From NCBI RefSeq assembly GCF_006345805.1, contig NC_042997.1:210800001-210864000 (forward strand): a stretch of 64,000 nt of DNA. Direction: 5' to 3'. Origin of the DNA: Octopus sinensis. Lineage: Eukaryota. Every line of letters starts with the position of its first letter. The first letter of the stretch is position 1. Shown here one piece after another: positions 13,607-25,339 of the stretch. Below the pieces are notes generated by a model that ran no database searches, was not told the DNA's origin, and was given only the letters and a program-made list of their open reading frames with translations. The position numbers and the translations under genes are program-made.

Positions 13607-16600
13607 ATTGGTGAATTGAAGAAATGGAGCTGAACGCAGATTGAACAGAAATCGTTTTATTTCATTCTACACGTGTTTCGAAAGGCACAAATTACCAAAA
13701 TCCGATTGAATAATGGGACCATATTGTCTTTCTCTTCAGGAAGAAAAAAGGAAATCCGTTGGAAAAACAAAAACAGAACAGAGGCGGAGCAAAAAACAAA
13801 TCGAACTGTGCTCCTAAGAGCCCATGGCGAAACTGTTTATCAGTGTATGTTGAGAACCGGTGGCTGAAGAATTCAACGGGTCAGACATCGGTCAATCATG
13901 TGGGTGAGGGTGTATAGATGTTCTTTGTGACCGAGAATAAAGTTCTGACTATTTAAAGAATATTGGATGTTTTATAAGGGGCGAGAAAAAATCTACTTAG
14001 AGACGTGTGTGTGTGTATACTGTTCTATATATGTGTGTGTTGGCGTAGGGGTAGAAAACATTTTTTGTGTACGTGTGTGCGTTTGATCGTTCGGCTGTCA
14101 GTGGCTACTGCCGTGATAACCGTTGGGTGGCAGAAAGAAAAAAATAAAAAAATTATATATATATATTATGTTTTATGTGTGTGTGTGTTCATCTAAGCCT
14201 GCCTTGTCAAGGAAACCCCCCGCTGTGAAAAAACCAAGCCCCGTTTGTCTTACAGGAGTAATTCCCCTTGCAGTGGTTAATCGTAGATATCTTAAAGGCT
14301 ATTTCAGAATTTGTTACCAAGGGCTATGGGTGCCGGTATTATTTATAAACGCTATTTAAAGGCCAGATAAGTGTAACGCCGCCAATGGGGCATCGAAAAG
14401 CCGACTGTAAGAGCCCGTTTACCATCCGGCCTCTGGCAAACAAAATATGGAAGAGTTCGGAGACACAAAGGTTGCACTGTCTTCTGCCCCTATCAAATGG
14501 GAGGGCCACCGACAAAATTGACCATTCCAGCCTATAGCTTAAGTTCGCATCCTTCAGTCGCCATATTAGCTTACTGAGTCCCGTGGTCTGGCGCTTGTTC
14601 ACGTCCCGAAAAGTTGCGTAATGGTTGGAGACACGCAAAGACAATCTTGAGGATGATGCCCCTACATAAGTGAAGGCATCTGAGTCCGTGTAAACCTTGC
14701 ATTGGTAGACGGCGTTTTTGATCTTGGAGTTCGCCGACGTGAATCTTAATCTGCTAGGATTGGTTTCTGAAATTAGAACTGCGTTCCTGTCACTATATTC
14801 GTTCCGAGACCTGCAGCCGCTTACTACTCTATTTTCCACTACGTCACTATTAACTATAGGAATAACCCCTGATTCTCCACTATCTATCAGAGTGCTGTCA
14901 TTGCTACTGCCCGTGGTACTGCTATTGCGGGAAATGATGCTGGGGATGCTAATGGGGCTCTCTACCCTACTCCCATTGTTACCGTCAACCACAACACCCC
15001 TATTTATAACTAAACCCCTAGTGGGTACTCCCTGGCTGGAGCTGAGATTATGTGTCACTGTACTGGCTCTCATATCATTATTACTACTATAATTATTCCT
15101 ACTGAGCACTAAACCGGGAGCGGAAGAGGCTGTGCCTCCGGAAAAGGTGATAGGGTCTTAGTAAGTAGCCTATTATTATGGGAGGCGATTATCTGGGCGA
15201 GGTTTTTAGTGTTGGAGAAAGCTATCCTAACTTTATGTGAGTTAACCGTGGAGTAATATTTGAATTTCTGGGGAAGTTATTGGCGATGGCTTGTCTAAAC
15301 ATGAGGGGGAGGTTAGTTCTAATCTGCTTACCAAAGGGGATTACAAACCATATATGCTTATTCCTATCAGTGTGATGGGTCGGGACGCCAGCTCTCGCAT
15401 TCGGGTGGGTGATTCTCGGATGAATAACGGGTCTTGGGTTAGTGTAAGACCTCCCGGACCGATAATTATCCTTGTTCGCTAAATTAAATGCGGGAGCGAC
15501 TACCCCGGCATCCGCCGCGCTCCCGTCCTTACTTAAAATGTTAATGTTATTATATACGGCCCTATCCTGATGACCGAATGATGGCATCGGAAGGGCCGGA
15601 TCAATATAAATTACCTTCTGCCTATAACCGGCCTTGGATAGTGCGGCGTTATAAAATTCCGCTTTCTGCATAAAAATATCGGCACTGGCGGACAAGCCAG
15701 ACAATCTTAGAGAGATGTTTTAACCAAATTGTCTGTTACGGTTTTGGCATGATTTGAGAAGACACTGACATACTTCAAATTAGTGGAAGGCTTATGGTAA
15801 GGGCAGTATGAGTCGCTATTAAGGTTAAGTGTAGCGTCTAGGAAATTAGCCTTGGTGAGTTCATTATCAAAAACTATACTCATGCCCATTCTATTAAAAA
15901 ACCTAGCTAACCTGCTCTTAGTTTTCTGCACTATTCTGTTCGTGGTGTTTTGCAGGTAAAACAGACAATCGTCACGATACAGGCCGCCCGCGATCTCCGG
16001 GAATTGATCGGACAATTCGTAGAGAATATATATTCCGACCAAATCGGCTATCTGCGCACTATCCGAACTACCCATAGGCACATCAAATTCATTGGGAGTA
16101 TCTTTACGGATCCACAACTTATTATCAAACTTAATAAACGATTTCCTGGCAACTAAAATGATATCTATCTCTTCTCTGGTGAGGCCAGCCTTGTTGTGAG
16201 CATGCCAGAGGGCCTTATTTAGCACACTAGGGTTAATCGAGGGGTAGAAGCTGGCGATATCAAACTGAATGAACCTAGTACGGTTCTTATTGGGGATGGA
16301 GAGAACCACTTCACTACCTGCGAGGAGTTGGCCCAGAGGCTGAGCTTCAGCTTGTTTACTAAACTAGGGATATATTTATCTAAAATGTACTTACTGATTA
16401 TCCCGATATCAGATCTAGCAGGGCATATGAGTCTTAGCGCTGGGTTGGTGTGGAAGTTAGGTTTATGGTCTTCACTATAAATCTGGGTTGCTTGGGCTAA
16501 GCGCTGAGTTCTCATTTGAATTCGGTGTGTTTAAATATTATAGCCTTAATTTCCAAGTTTACCTTCCTCAGGGTACTCCAATTGGTTTTTCTATAATTTT

Positions 16601-17083
16601 CTTGATCTCTTTACCGAGTAAATCTAGGTACTGCTTAATGGGCATCTTGTATGTGTTCCTGGTCTTGTCGGACTGGACCAGGACTCCGTCCGTCTATTAA
16701 TGTCCTTGGTAATTTTATCTAGGTATTTGAGGTGGGAATTTTCCTGGGTGACTTCCTGAACTTAATTTTCTAACTCTGTCCCACAAGTCGTCCTCAAACT
16801 TCTTCAGTCTTGGGTTCGGTGGCGGCGTATCCAATGTTTTAAAAAGCCGGCCGTATTCGGACGATGCTGTTGTCCGGTTCGATTTTAGATCTTGTTCTCG
16901 TGGAAGAAAATGAGCCATCTTATCCGGTTTATGAAGCGTTGGTTTTACAAACCAACTCCTTAAGGAAGGCATCCTTTGGTGGTATAGGAAATCCTTTAGG
17001 GACGCATCAATCTCGAACAACTCCATTATTGGCATCGGTTAAAGTAGCAGTTTCTTGACGAAGCGGTATGTATTATGTGAAAT
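13598..17083 (-). mobile_element. Penelope-like element, left (inverted) arm
   Basis: Near-exact reverse complement of 17543-21042; ORF remnant 14352-17035 is broken by small indels. Confidence 0.95.
13660..13749 (-). ncRNA. Type I hammerhead ribozyme in pLTR (left arm)
   Basis: Reverse complement of the motif at 20891-20980, with a 2-nt deletion in stem II. Confidence 0.7.
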
Positions 17084-17084
17084 T

Positions 17085-17555
17085 CACCCTCACCCACATG
17101 ATTGACCGATGCCTGACCCGTTGAATTCTTCAGCCACCGGTTCTCAACATACACTGATAAACAGTTTCGCCATGGGCTCTTAGGAGCACAGTTCGATTTG
17201 TTTTTTGCTCCGCCTCTGTTCTGTTTTTGTTTTTCCAACGGATTTCCTTTTTTCTTCCTGAAGAGAAAGACACAATATGGTCCCATTATTCAATCGGATT
17301 TTGGTAATTTGTGCCTTTCGAAACACAGTGTAGAATGAAATAAAACGATTTCTGTTCAATCTGCGTTCAGCTCCATTTCTTCAATTCACCAATAATGTTT
17401 AATTTCAATTATCCGCACCAACGCACGGTTGCAACGCCAGATGGTTGTACCTCCAACCGTGCTGTTTACTGCTGTGATTTTTGCTACTAAGGTATCGGTG
17501 TTAAACTTTTGATTAATCTACTACAAGATTATTCATCTTTCTATTTCACATAATA
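17085..17555 (+). repeat. Central pseudo-LTR (forms most of the palindrome spacer)
   Basis: Direct repeat of 20726-21194 with a few differences. Confidence 0.9.
17250..17340 (+). ncRNA. Type I hammerhead ribozyme in central pLTR
   Basis: CTGAAGA at 17258, stem II, GAAAC-ACAGT-GTA (one extra A relative to the other copies). Confidence 0.68.
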
Positions 17556-17590
17556 CATACCGCTTCGTCAAGAAACTGCTACTTTAACCG

Positions 17591-20286
17591 ATGCCAATAA
17601 TGGAGTTGTTCGAGATTGATGCGTCCCTTAAGGATATTCCTATACCACCAAAGGATGCCTTCCTTAAGGAGTTGGTTTGTAAAACCAACGCATTCATAAC
17701 CGGATAAGATGGCTCATTTTCTTCCACGAGAACGAAGATCTAAAATCGAACCGGACAACAGCATCGTCCGAATACGGCCGGCTTTTTAAAACATTGGATA
17801 CGCCGCCACCGAACCCAAGACTGAAGAAGTTTGAGGACGACTTGTGGGACAGAGTTAGAAAGATTAAGTTCAGGAAGTCACCCAGGAGAAATTCCCACCT
17901 CAAATACCTAGATAAAATTACCAAGGACATTAATAGAACGGACGGAGTCCTGGTCCAGTCCGACAAGACCAGGAACACATACAAGATGCCCATTAAGCAG
18001 TACCTAGATTTACTCGGTAAAGAGATCAAGAAAAATTATAGAAAAACCAATTGGAGTACCCTGAGGAAGGTAAACTTGGAAATTAAGGCTATAATATTTA
18101 AACACCGAATTCAAATGAGAACTCAGCCGCTTAGCCCCAAGCAACCCAGATTTATAGTGAAGGACCATAAACCTAACTTCCACACCAACCCAGCGCTAAG
18201 ACTCATATGCCCTGCTAGATCTGATATCGGGATAATCAGTAAGTACATTTTAGATAAATATATCCCTAGTTTAGTAAACAAGCTGAAGCTCAGCCTCTGG
18301 GCCAACTCCTCGCAGGTAGTGAAGTGGTTCTCTTCCATCCCCAATAAGAACCGTACTAGGTTCATTCAGTTTGATATCGCCAGCTTCTACCCCTCGATTA
18401 ACCCTAGTGTGCTAAATAAGGCCCTCTGGCATGCTCACAACAAGGCTGGCCTCACCAGAGAAGAGATAGATATCATTTTAGTTGCCAGGAAATCGTTTAT
18501 TAAGTTTGATAATAAGTTGTGGATCCGTAAAGATACTCCCAATGAATTTGATGTGCCTATGGGTAGTTCGGATAGTGCGCAGATAGCCGATTTGGTCGGA
18601 ATATATATTCTCTACGAATTGTCCGATCAATTCCCGGAGATCGCGGGCGGCCTGTATCGTGACGATTGTCTGTTTTACCTGCAAAACACCACGAACAGAA
18701 TAGTGCAGAAAACTAAGAGCAGGTTAGCTAGGTTTTTTAATAGAATGGGCATGAGTATAGTTTTTGATAATGAACTCACCAAGGCTAATTTCCTAGACGC
18801 TACACTTAACCTTAATAGCGACTCATACTGCCCTTACCATAAGCCTTCCACTAATTTGAAGTATGTCAGTGTCTTCTCAAATCATGCCAAAACCGTAACA
18901 GACAATTTGGTTAAAAACATCTCTCTAAGATTGTCTGGCTTGTCCGCCAGTGCCGATATTTTTATGCAGAAAGCGGAATTTTATAACGCCGCACTATCCA
19001 AGGCCGGTTATAGGCAGAAGGTAATTTATATTGATCCGGCCCTTCCGATGCCATCATTCGGTCATCAGGATAGGGCCGTATATAATAACATTAACATTTT
19101 AAGTAAGGACGGGAGCGCGGCGGATGCCGGGGTAGTCGCTCCCGCATTTAATTTAGCGAACAAGGATAATTATCGGTCCGGGAGGTCTTACACTAACCCA
19201 AGACCCGTTATTCATCCGAGAATCACCCACCCGAATGCGAGAGCTGGCGTCCCGACCCATCACACTGATAGGAATAAGCATATATGGTTTGTAATCCCCT
19301 TTGGTAAGCAGATTAGAACTAACCTCCCCCTCATGTTTAGACAAGCCATCGCCAATAACTTCCCCAGAAATTCCAAATATTACTCCACGGTTAACTCACA
19401 TAAAGTTAGGATAGCTTTCTCCAACACTAAAAACCTCGCCCAGATAATCGCCTCCCATAATAATAGGCTACTTACTAAGACCCTATCACCTTTTTCCGGA
19501 GGCACAGCCTCTTCCGCTCCCGGTTTAGTGCTCAGTAGGAATAATTATAGTAGTAATAATGATATGAGAGCCAGTACAGTGACACATAATCTCAGCTCCA
19601 GCCAGGGAGTACCCACTAGGGGTTTAGTTATAAATAGGGGTGTTGTGGTTGACGGTAACAATGGGAGTAGGGTAGAGAGCCCCATTAGCATCCCCAGCAT
19701 CATTTCCCGCAATAGCAGTACCACGGGCAGTAGCAATGACAGCACTCTGATAGATAGTGGAGAATCAGGGGTTATTCCTATAGTTAATAGTGACGTAGTG
19801 GAAAATAGAGTAGTAAGCGGCTGCAGGTCTCGGAACGAATATAGTGACAGGAACGCAGTTCTAATTTCAGAAACCAATCCTAGCAGATTAAGATTCACGT
19901 CGGCGAACTCCAAGATCAAAAACGCCGTCTACCAATGCAAGGTTTACACGGACTCAGATGCCTTCACTTATGTAGGGGCATCATCCTCAAGATTGTCTTT
20001 GCGTGTCTCCAACCATTACGCAACTTTTCGGGACGTGAACAAGCGCCAGACCACGGGACTCAGTAAGCTAATATGGCGACTGAAGGATGCGAACTTAAGC
20101 TATAGGCTGGAATGGTCAATTTTGTCGGTGGCCCTCCCATTTGATAGGGGCAGAAGACAGTGCAACCTTTGTGTCTCCGAACTCTTCCATATTTTGTTTG
20201 CCAGAGGCCGGATGGTAAACGGGCTCTTACAGTCGGCTTTTCGATGCCCCCATTGGCGGCGTTACACTTATCTGGCCTTTAAATAG
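17591..20286 (+). CDS. PLE polyprotein, RT + C-terminal GIY-YIG endonuclease, Hydra-clade-like
   Basis: The 830 aa ORF from 17794 has QFDIASFYPSI, PMGSSDSAQIADLVG, LYRDDCLF, VYQC...TYVGASS, NHYATF, CNLC and CPH. It extends to ATG 17591 (SLKDIPIP...RIRW) if one missing A near 17698, present in the left arm, is restored; about 898 aa. Confidence 0.9.
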
Positions 20287-20725
20287 CGTTTATAAATAAT
20301 ACCGGCACCCATAGCCCTTGGTAACAAATTCTGAAATAGCCTTTAAGATATCTACGATTAACCACTGCAAGGGGAATTACTCCTGTAAGACAAACGGGGC
20401 TTGGTTTTTTCACAGCGGGGGGTTTCCTTGACAAGGCAGGCTTAGATGAACACACACACACATAAAACATAATATATATATATAATTTTTTTTATTTTTT
20501 CTTTCTGCCACCCAACGGTTATCACGGCAGTAGCCACTGACAGCCGAACGATCAAACGCACACACGTACACAAAAAATGTTTTCTACCCCTACGCCAACA
20601 CACACATATATAGAACAGTATACACACACACACGTCTCTAAGTAGATTTTTTCTCGCCCCTTATAAAACATCCAATATTCTTTAAATAGTCAGAACTTTA
20701 TTCTCGGTCACAAAGAACATCTATA

Positions 20726-21188
20726 CACCCTCACCCACATGATTGACCGATGTCTGACCCGTTGAATTCTTCAGCCACCGGTTCTCAACATACACTGATA
20801 AACAGTTTCGCCATGGGCTCTTAGGAGCACAGTTCGATTTGTTTTTTGCTCCGCCTCTGTTCTGTTTTTGTTTTTCCAACGGATTTCCTTTTTTCTTCCT
20901 GAAGAGAAAGACACAATATGGTCCCATTATTCAATCGGATTTTGGTAATTTGTGCCTTTCGAAACACGTGTAGAATGAAATAAAACGATTTCTGTTCAAT
21001 CTGCGTTCAGCTCCATTTCTTCAATTCACCAATAATGTTTTAATTTCAATTATCCGCACCAACGCACGGTTGCAACGCCTGATGGTTGTACCTCCAACCG
21101 TGCTGTTTACTGCTGTGATTTTTGCTACTAAGGTATCGGTTAAACTTTTGATTAATCTACTACAAGATTATTCATCTTTCTATTTCAC

Positions 21189-21194
<6 letters not shown>
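20726..21194 (+). repeat. 3' pseudo-LTR
   Basis: Direct repeat of 17085-17555. Confidence 0.9.
20891..20980 (+). ncRNA. Type I hammerhead ribozyme in 3' pLTR
   Basis: TTTCTTC-CTGAAGA-GAAAGACACAA...TTGTGCCTTTC-GAAAC-ACGT-GTA-GAATGAAA. Stems I and II pair, stem III is short with a palindromic ACGT loop, predicted cut after GUA at 20972. Confidence 0.8.
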
Positions 21195-21235
<41 letters not shown>

Positions 21236-21403
21236 ATATATACATATATACGACAGGCTTCTTTCAGTTTCCGTCTACCAAATCCACTCACAAGGCATTG
21301 GTCGGCCCGGAGTTATAGCAGAAGACACTTGCACAGATGCCACGCAGTGGGACTGAACCCGGAACCATGTGGTTGGTTAGCAAGCTACTTACCACACAGC
21401 CAC
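21195..21403 (-). mobile_element. SINE family B, 5' half (split by PLE insertion)
   Basis: (TA)n then ACGACAGGCTTCTTTCAG...ACCACACAGCCAC, matching the right half of 63372-63791. Confidence 0.88.
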
Positions 21404-21423
21404 ATATATTTTTTATTTATATC

Positions 21424-21467
<44 letters not shown>

Positions 21468-21489
21468 ATATATATATAGATATATATAT

Positions 21490-21568
<79 letters not shown>

Positions 21569-21804
21569 ACATATGCATGTATACGTATATGTATTTGTGT
21601 TGCAAGATTCCTGATGTGAAACCGTGTGTTGGATAAACTATTGTTGTATTTTGGGATGGTCATTCGTTTATTACTGTTCTTATTTCAAATCGTGTGCATT
21701 GTCCGGAAATCTTTCGTCAAACATCTGTGACCTCTTCAACGATACTTTCTGCCCTCGTGTGTGCTCCTGCTCCTCTTAGTTCATTCTGTTAAATATACAC
21801 ATAG

Positions 21805-22115
21805 GAGCGCTCCGTCGATTACGACGACGAGGGCCCCAGCTGATACGATCAACGGAACAGCCTGCTTGTGGAATTAATTTAGAAGTGGCTGAGCACTCCA
21901 CAGACACGAGAACCCTTAATGTAGTTCTCAGGGAAATTCAGCGAGACATAGAGTGTGACAAGGCTGGCCCTTTGAAATACAGGTACTACTCATTTTTGCC
22001 AGCTGAGCGGACTGGAACAACGTGAAATAAAGTGTCTTGTTCAAGGACACAACGCGTTAGCGGGAATTGAACTCACGAGCTTACAATCGTGAACCGAATG
22101 CCCTAACCACTAAGC
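21805..22115 (-). mobile_element. SINE related to family C
   Basis: Shares the body with family C (GTGGCTGAGCACTCCACAGACAC, CCCTTTGAAATACAGGTAC) but has a different head. Confidence 0.65.
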
Positions 22116-22175
22116 CTTCCTTTTTCTTAACCATTATATATATACATGTGTGTGTATGTGTGTATTTTAAAGGCT

Positions 22176-22560
22176 GTGGAGGCGCAATGGCCCAGTGGTT
22201 AGGGCAGCGGACTCGCGGTCATAGGATCGCGGTTTCGATTCCCAGACCGGGCGTTGTGAGTGTTTATTGAGCGAAAACACCTAAAAGCTCCACGAGGCTC
22301 CGGCAGGGGATGGTGGTGATCCCTGCTGTACTCTTTCACCACAACTTCCTCTCACTCTTACTTCCTGTTTCTGTTGTACCTGTATTTCAAAGGGCCGGCC
22401 TTGTCACTCTCTGTGTCACGCTGAATATCCCCGAGAACTACGTTAAGGGTGCACGTGTCTGTGGAGTGCTCAGCCACTTACACGTTAATTTCACGAGAAG
22501 GCTGTTCCGTTGATTCGGATCAACCGGAACCCTCGTCGTCGTAACCGACGGAATGCTTCC
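22176..22560 (+). mobile_element. SINE family C
   Basis: A/B boxes; match to 10383 and 11270 copies. Confidence 0.88.
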
Positions 22561-22924
22561 ATATCCATTTTGAAGGCTAAAAAATGAATGGGGAAGCCTC
22601 ATTTTCAAAATGCATAATCTGTTGAAATTTCTAGTTTTGCGAACAAAGTCTTTCATCGGACAGATAAGATTTTCAGCTATCAAAATTTGGTGCCAGGGAA
22701 AAAGTATATTTCTGTAAATGTGAGATGTGACGGGAGAGAAAGAAAGAGACATTTAGATGAAATTGAGTTATGAGTGTTAGAAGAATAAGGTGCCCCAGTA
22801 TGACCGCAATCTAATGACTGAAACAAGAATAGAAGACAGGATTGTCCCTAAGCGCTTGGTCTACCCTCTCAGGAAATGGCGGCAGTTTCTATAAATCAAG
22901 CGTTCATCTTCTCCATGTTTGCAT

Positions 22925-23420
22925 GTTTGCACTCCTCACCCAAAGACGTATGAGATGGCTTGGGCATGTTAGCCGTATGAAAGATGGCAGAATCCCCAAG
23001 GACATACTCTACGGAGAGCTTGCTAGGGGTACTAGGTCTGTGGGTAGACCGATCTTACGTTACAAGGATGTTTGCAAAAGGGACATGAAGGCCTGCAACA
23101 TCAATATTAGCGGTTGGGAGACAGTTGCCGGCAACCGTGGGGAATGGTGACGTACCGTAAGCGAGGGAATACAAAGGAGTGACAGAGAGAGAGAGGAGAA
23201 ATGGAAAGAAAGGAAGAGACGTAAACAAGAGACTATGGCACTACAACCAGCCAGGAACAGTCTTCGCTACATTTGCGGTACCTGCCAGAGGGAGTGTTTG
23301 TCCAGGATAGGACTACACAGCCACAGCAGGAAATGTATCAGGACATGAAATATAAAAGCCGGACTAGACTACTTTATGCGCAACTCCATTGTCTCCCGAG
23401 ACAGAAAGGATGCCAACCAA
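22925..23420 (+). pseudogene. RTE-clade LINE 3' fragment
   Basis: RMRWLGHVSRMKDGRIPKDILYGEL...GRPILRYKDVCK, then CGTCQRECLSRIGLHSHSRKC. Confidence 0.85.
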
Positions 23421-23804
23421 CCATCTTCTCCATTATTTCATAGACCTTTCTTCACGTTCGTTGCTCGAGTATATGTCACTGGCCTTTCTAACTCATTTCT
23501 CTTGGTTCGTTTTCGTTTCACGTGTGTTTATAGATACAGCCATGTTGTGTCCTGACAAGTTCTCGCTCTTGCTCTCAACTTCGAATCCAAGACTCGAATC
23601 CAGTCTTTTCTCGCATTCATATCAGTCTCTCTCCGAAAAGTCTCACTCAAGTTGTAAATTCTCCTGAACTCAACTTCATTCAATTTTACTACACTTCACT
23701 CAGCTCTACTCCACTCACAATATGATCACTCACTCAGGCAAGATTTGTACTCCTGCTTTAAAGAAACTCAATCTTGAATAAAAATGACGAATCTACAACA
23801 TTCA

Positions 23805-23915
23805 CCGCCACCTCCACCACCTCCTTCTCCATCACCTCCACCGCCGCCGCCGCCACCACCACCACCACCACCACCGCCACCACTACTACCACCAACACCA
23901 TCACTACCATCAACT
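23805..23915. repeat. (CCA)n/(CCG)n tract
   Basis: Directly visible. Confidence 0.9.
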
Positions 23916-24869
23916 CTACCAGCGCCACCAAATCCCACTTCCTGTAAATTCTTAGAAGCAGTATATTTACTACACGCACACACATACACACACACACAGG
24001 GATGCGCGCGCGCGCAAACACACACACACACACACACGCAGTAGACTCACACACATAACCCTGCATGTTACTTTATACTTCAGTTCCGGGAGAGAAACCG
24101 CAGCGCATTCATTCAATCTCGATGAAACAATTATAAAAGCAGACGATACAGAGATGTCTGACATTATCCAGTCAGAGCATCGTATTCAAATATTGTATCA
24201 AACATCAACAACAACAGAAACAACAGCAACAGCAACAAAAACAACAACTACTACATCACCATCATCATCATCATCGTCAACAACTACAACAGACACTAAT
24301 TCTCAGGGCTTTTCTTTTTCCGTTTCCTTAGCACCAGAAAATTGAAAAAAATAATAAACACATACACACACAAAATACACACAAAATACCTTTATTCCGT
24401 ACGGAACTCCTTAAAGCAAACGTACAATAAACAAACAATTCCTCCCCTCCCAAAACCAATCAAATTCCATGCCATTAATAATACTTTTTCTTCTCGCCGT
24501 TCCTTCATGTCTATTTTTCCCTGACTTCAATGTCACTTTGATGAAGCAGACGACCAAATATGGCGGTCGTCGTCTGCTGGCCGCCCACCACATACATCAC
24601 ACCCTCTCTTAATTGATATGCCTTTATTTCTCATCTTATCAATATCGCGCAGTTGAAAATAAAATTGTTGTTGTTATTGTTATTATTATTCAATCATTTC
24701 TTTATTGACATCGAATTTCTTTTTTTATCAGTTCCAATTTCATTCCATTATTTCAAGAAGATAAAACAAACAAAAATATTCTCCCCACAAAAATATATAT
24801 AAAAAAAAGGAAAATTAAAAAATATAAATAATTTTTTCGATATTCTAAAACTCTTTGTTGTTTATTGAT

Positions 24870-25045
24870 CTGATGATGATGATGATGATGATGAAGAGGA
24901 GGAGGAGGACGACGACGACGACGAGGGGCAGGGGAGGACGAGGAGGAAGAGGAGCGAGATGGCGTAACGGTGGTGGAGATGACGATGGCGATGACGATCA
25001 TGATAATGATGATGGTAGTTGTGGTAGATATGGCGATGGTGATGG

Positions 25046-25089
<44 letters not shown>

Positions 25090-25200
25090 ATGATGGAAAT
25101 GCGGACGATGCTGATGTTGCTCATGATGATGGTGGTGGTGATAGTGGTGGTGGTGAGGATGATGATGATCAATGTTTCTGTTGGTGATGATGGTGATGAT
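24870..25200. repeat. (GAT)n/(GGT)n tract
   Basis: Directly visible. Confidence 0.9.
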
Positions 25201-25339
25201 GGTTGTACCGGAGACGTAATCGGTGGAGCACCGTCCAGTGTCATTCAGTGTTTAGTTGGAATCTTAAAGTCCTGATTTTGCCATTTATTCTCCATGATTC
25301 CATTCGCAGTCAACGGCAGAGAACTGGAGTTCACTATAT

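Larger units (their letters stand above)
17085..21194 (+). mobile_element. Penelope-like element, right arm, pLTR-ORF-pLTR
   Basis: Direct repeats 17085-17555 and 20726-21194 (period 3641 bp) flank an RT + GIY-YIG ORF; 3' end runs into (TA)n. Confidence 0.95.

Noticed and set aside
14718-15092. 124 aa antisense ORF (also 19545-19919)
   Set aside because: Shadow of the PLE linker; present twice only because of the palindrome.
13598-21042. Palindrome as a simple fold-back read artefact
   Set aside because: Judged unlikely though not excluded: there is a 459 bp spacer, the outer ends are unequal and the flanks are non-mirrored, collinear SINE halves.
22176-22255. tRNA-like heads of SINE families A, B and C
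   Set aside because: They continue into SINE bodies and I could not fold complete cloverleaves, so they are not called tRNA genes.
24545-24577. CArG box CCAAATATGG inside a small hairpin
   Set aside because: A single short motif is expected by chance in 64 kb; no gene context.
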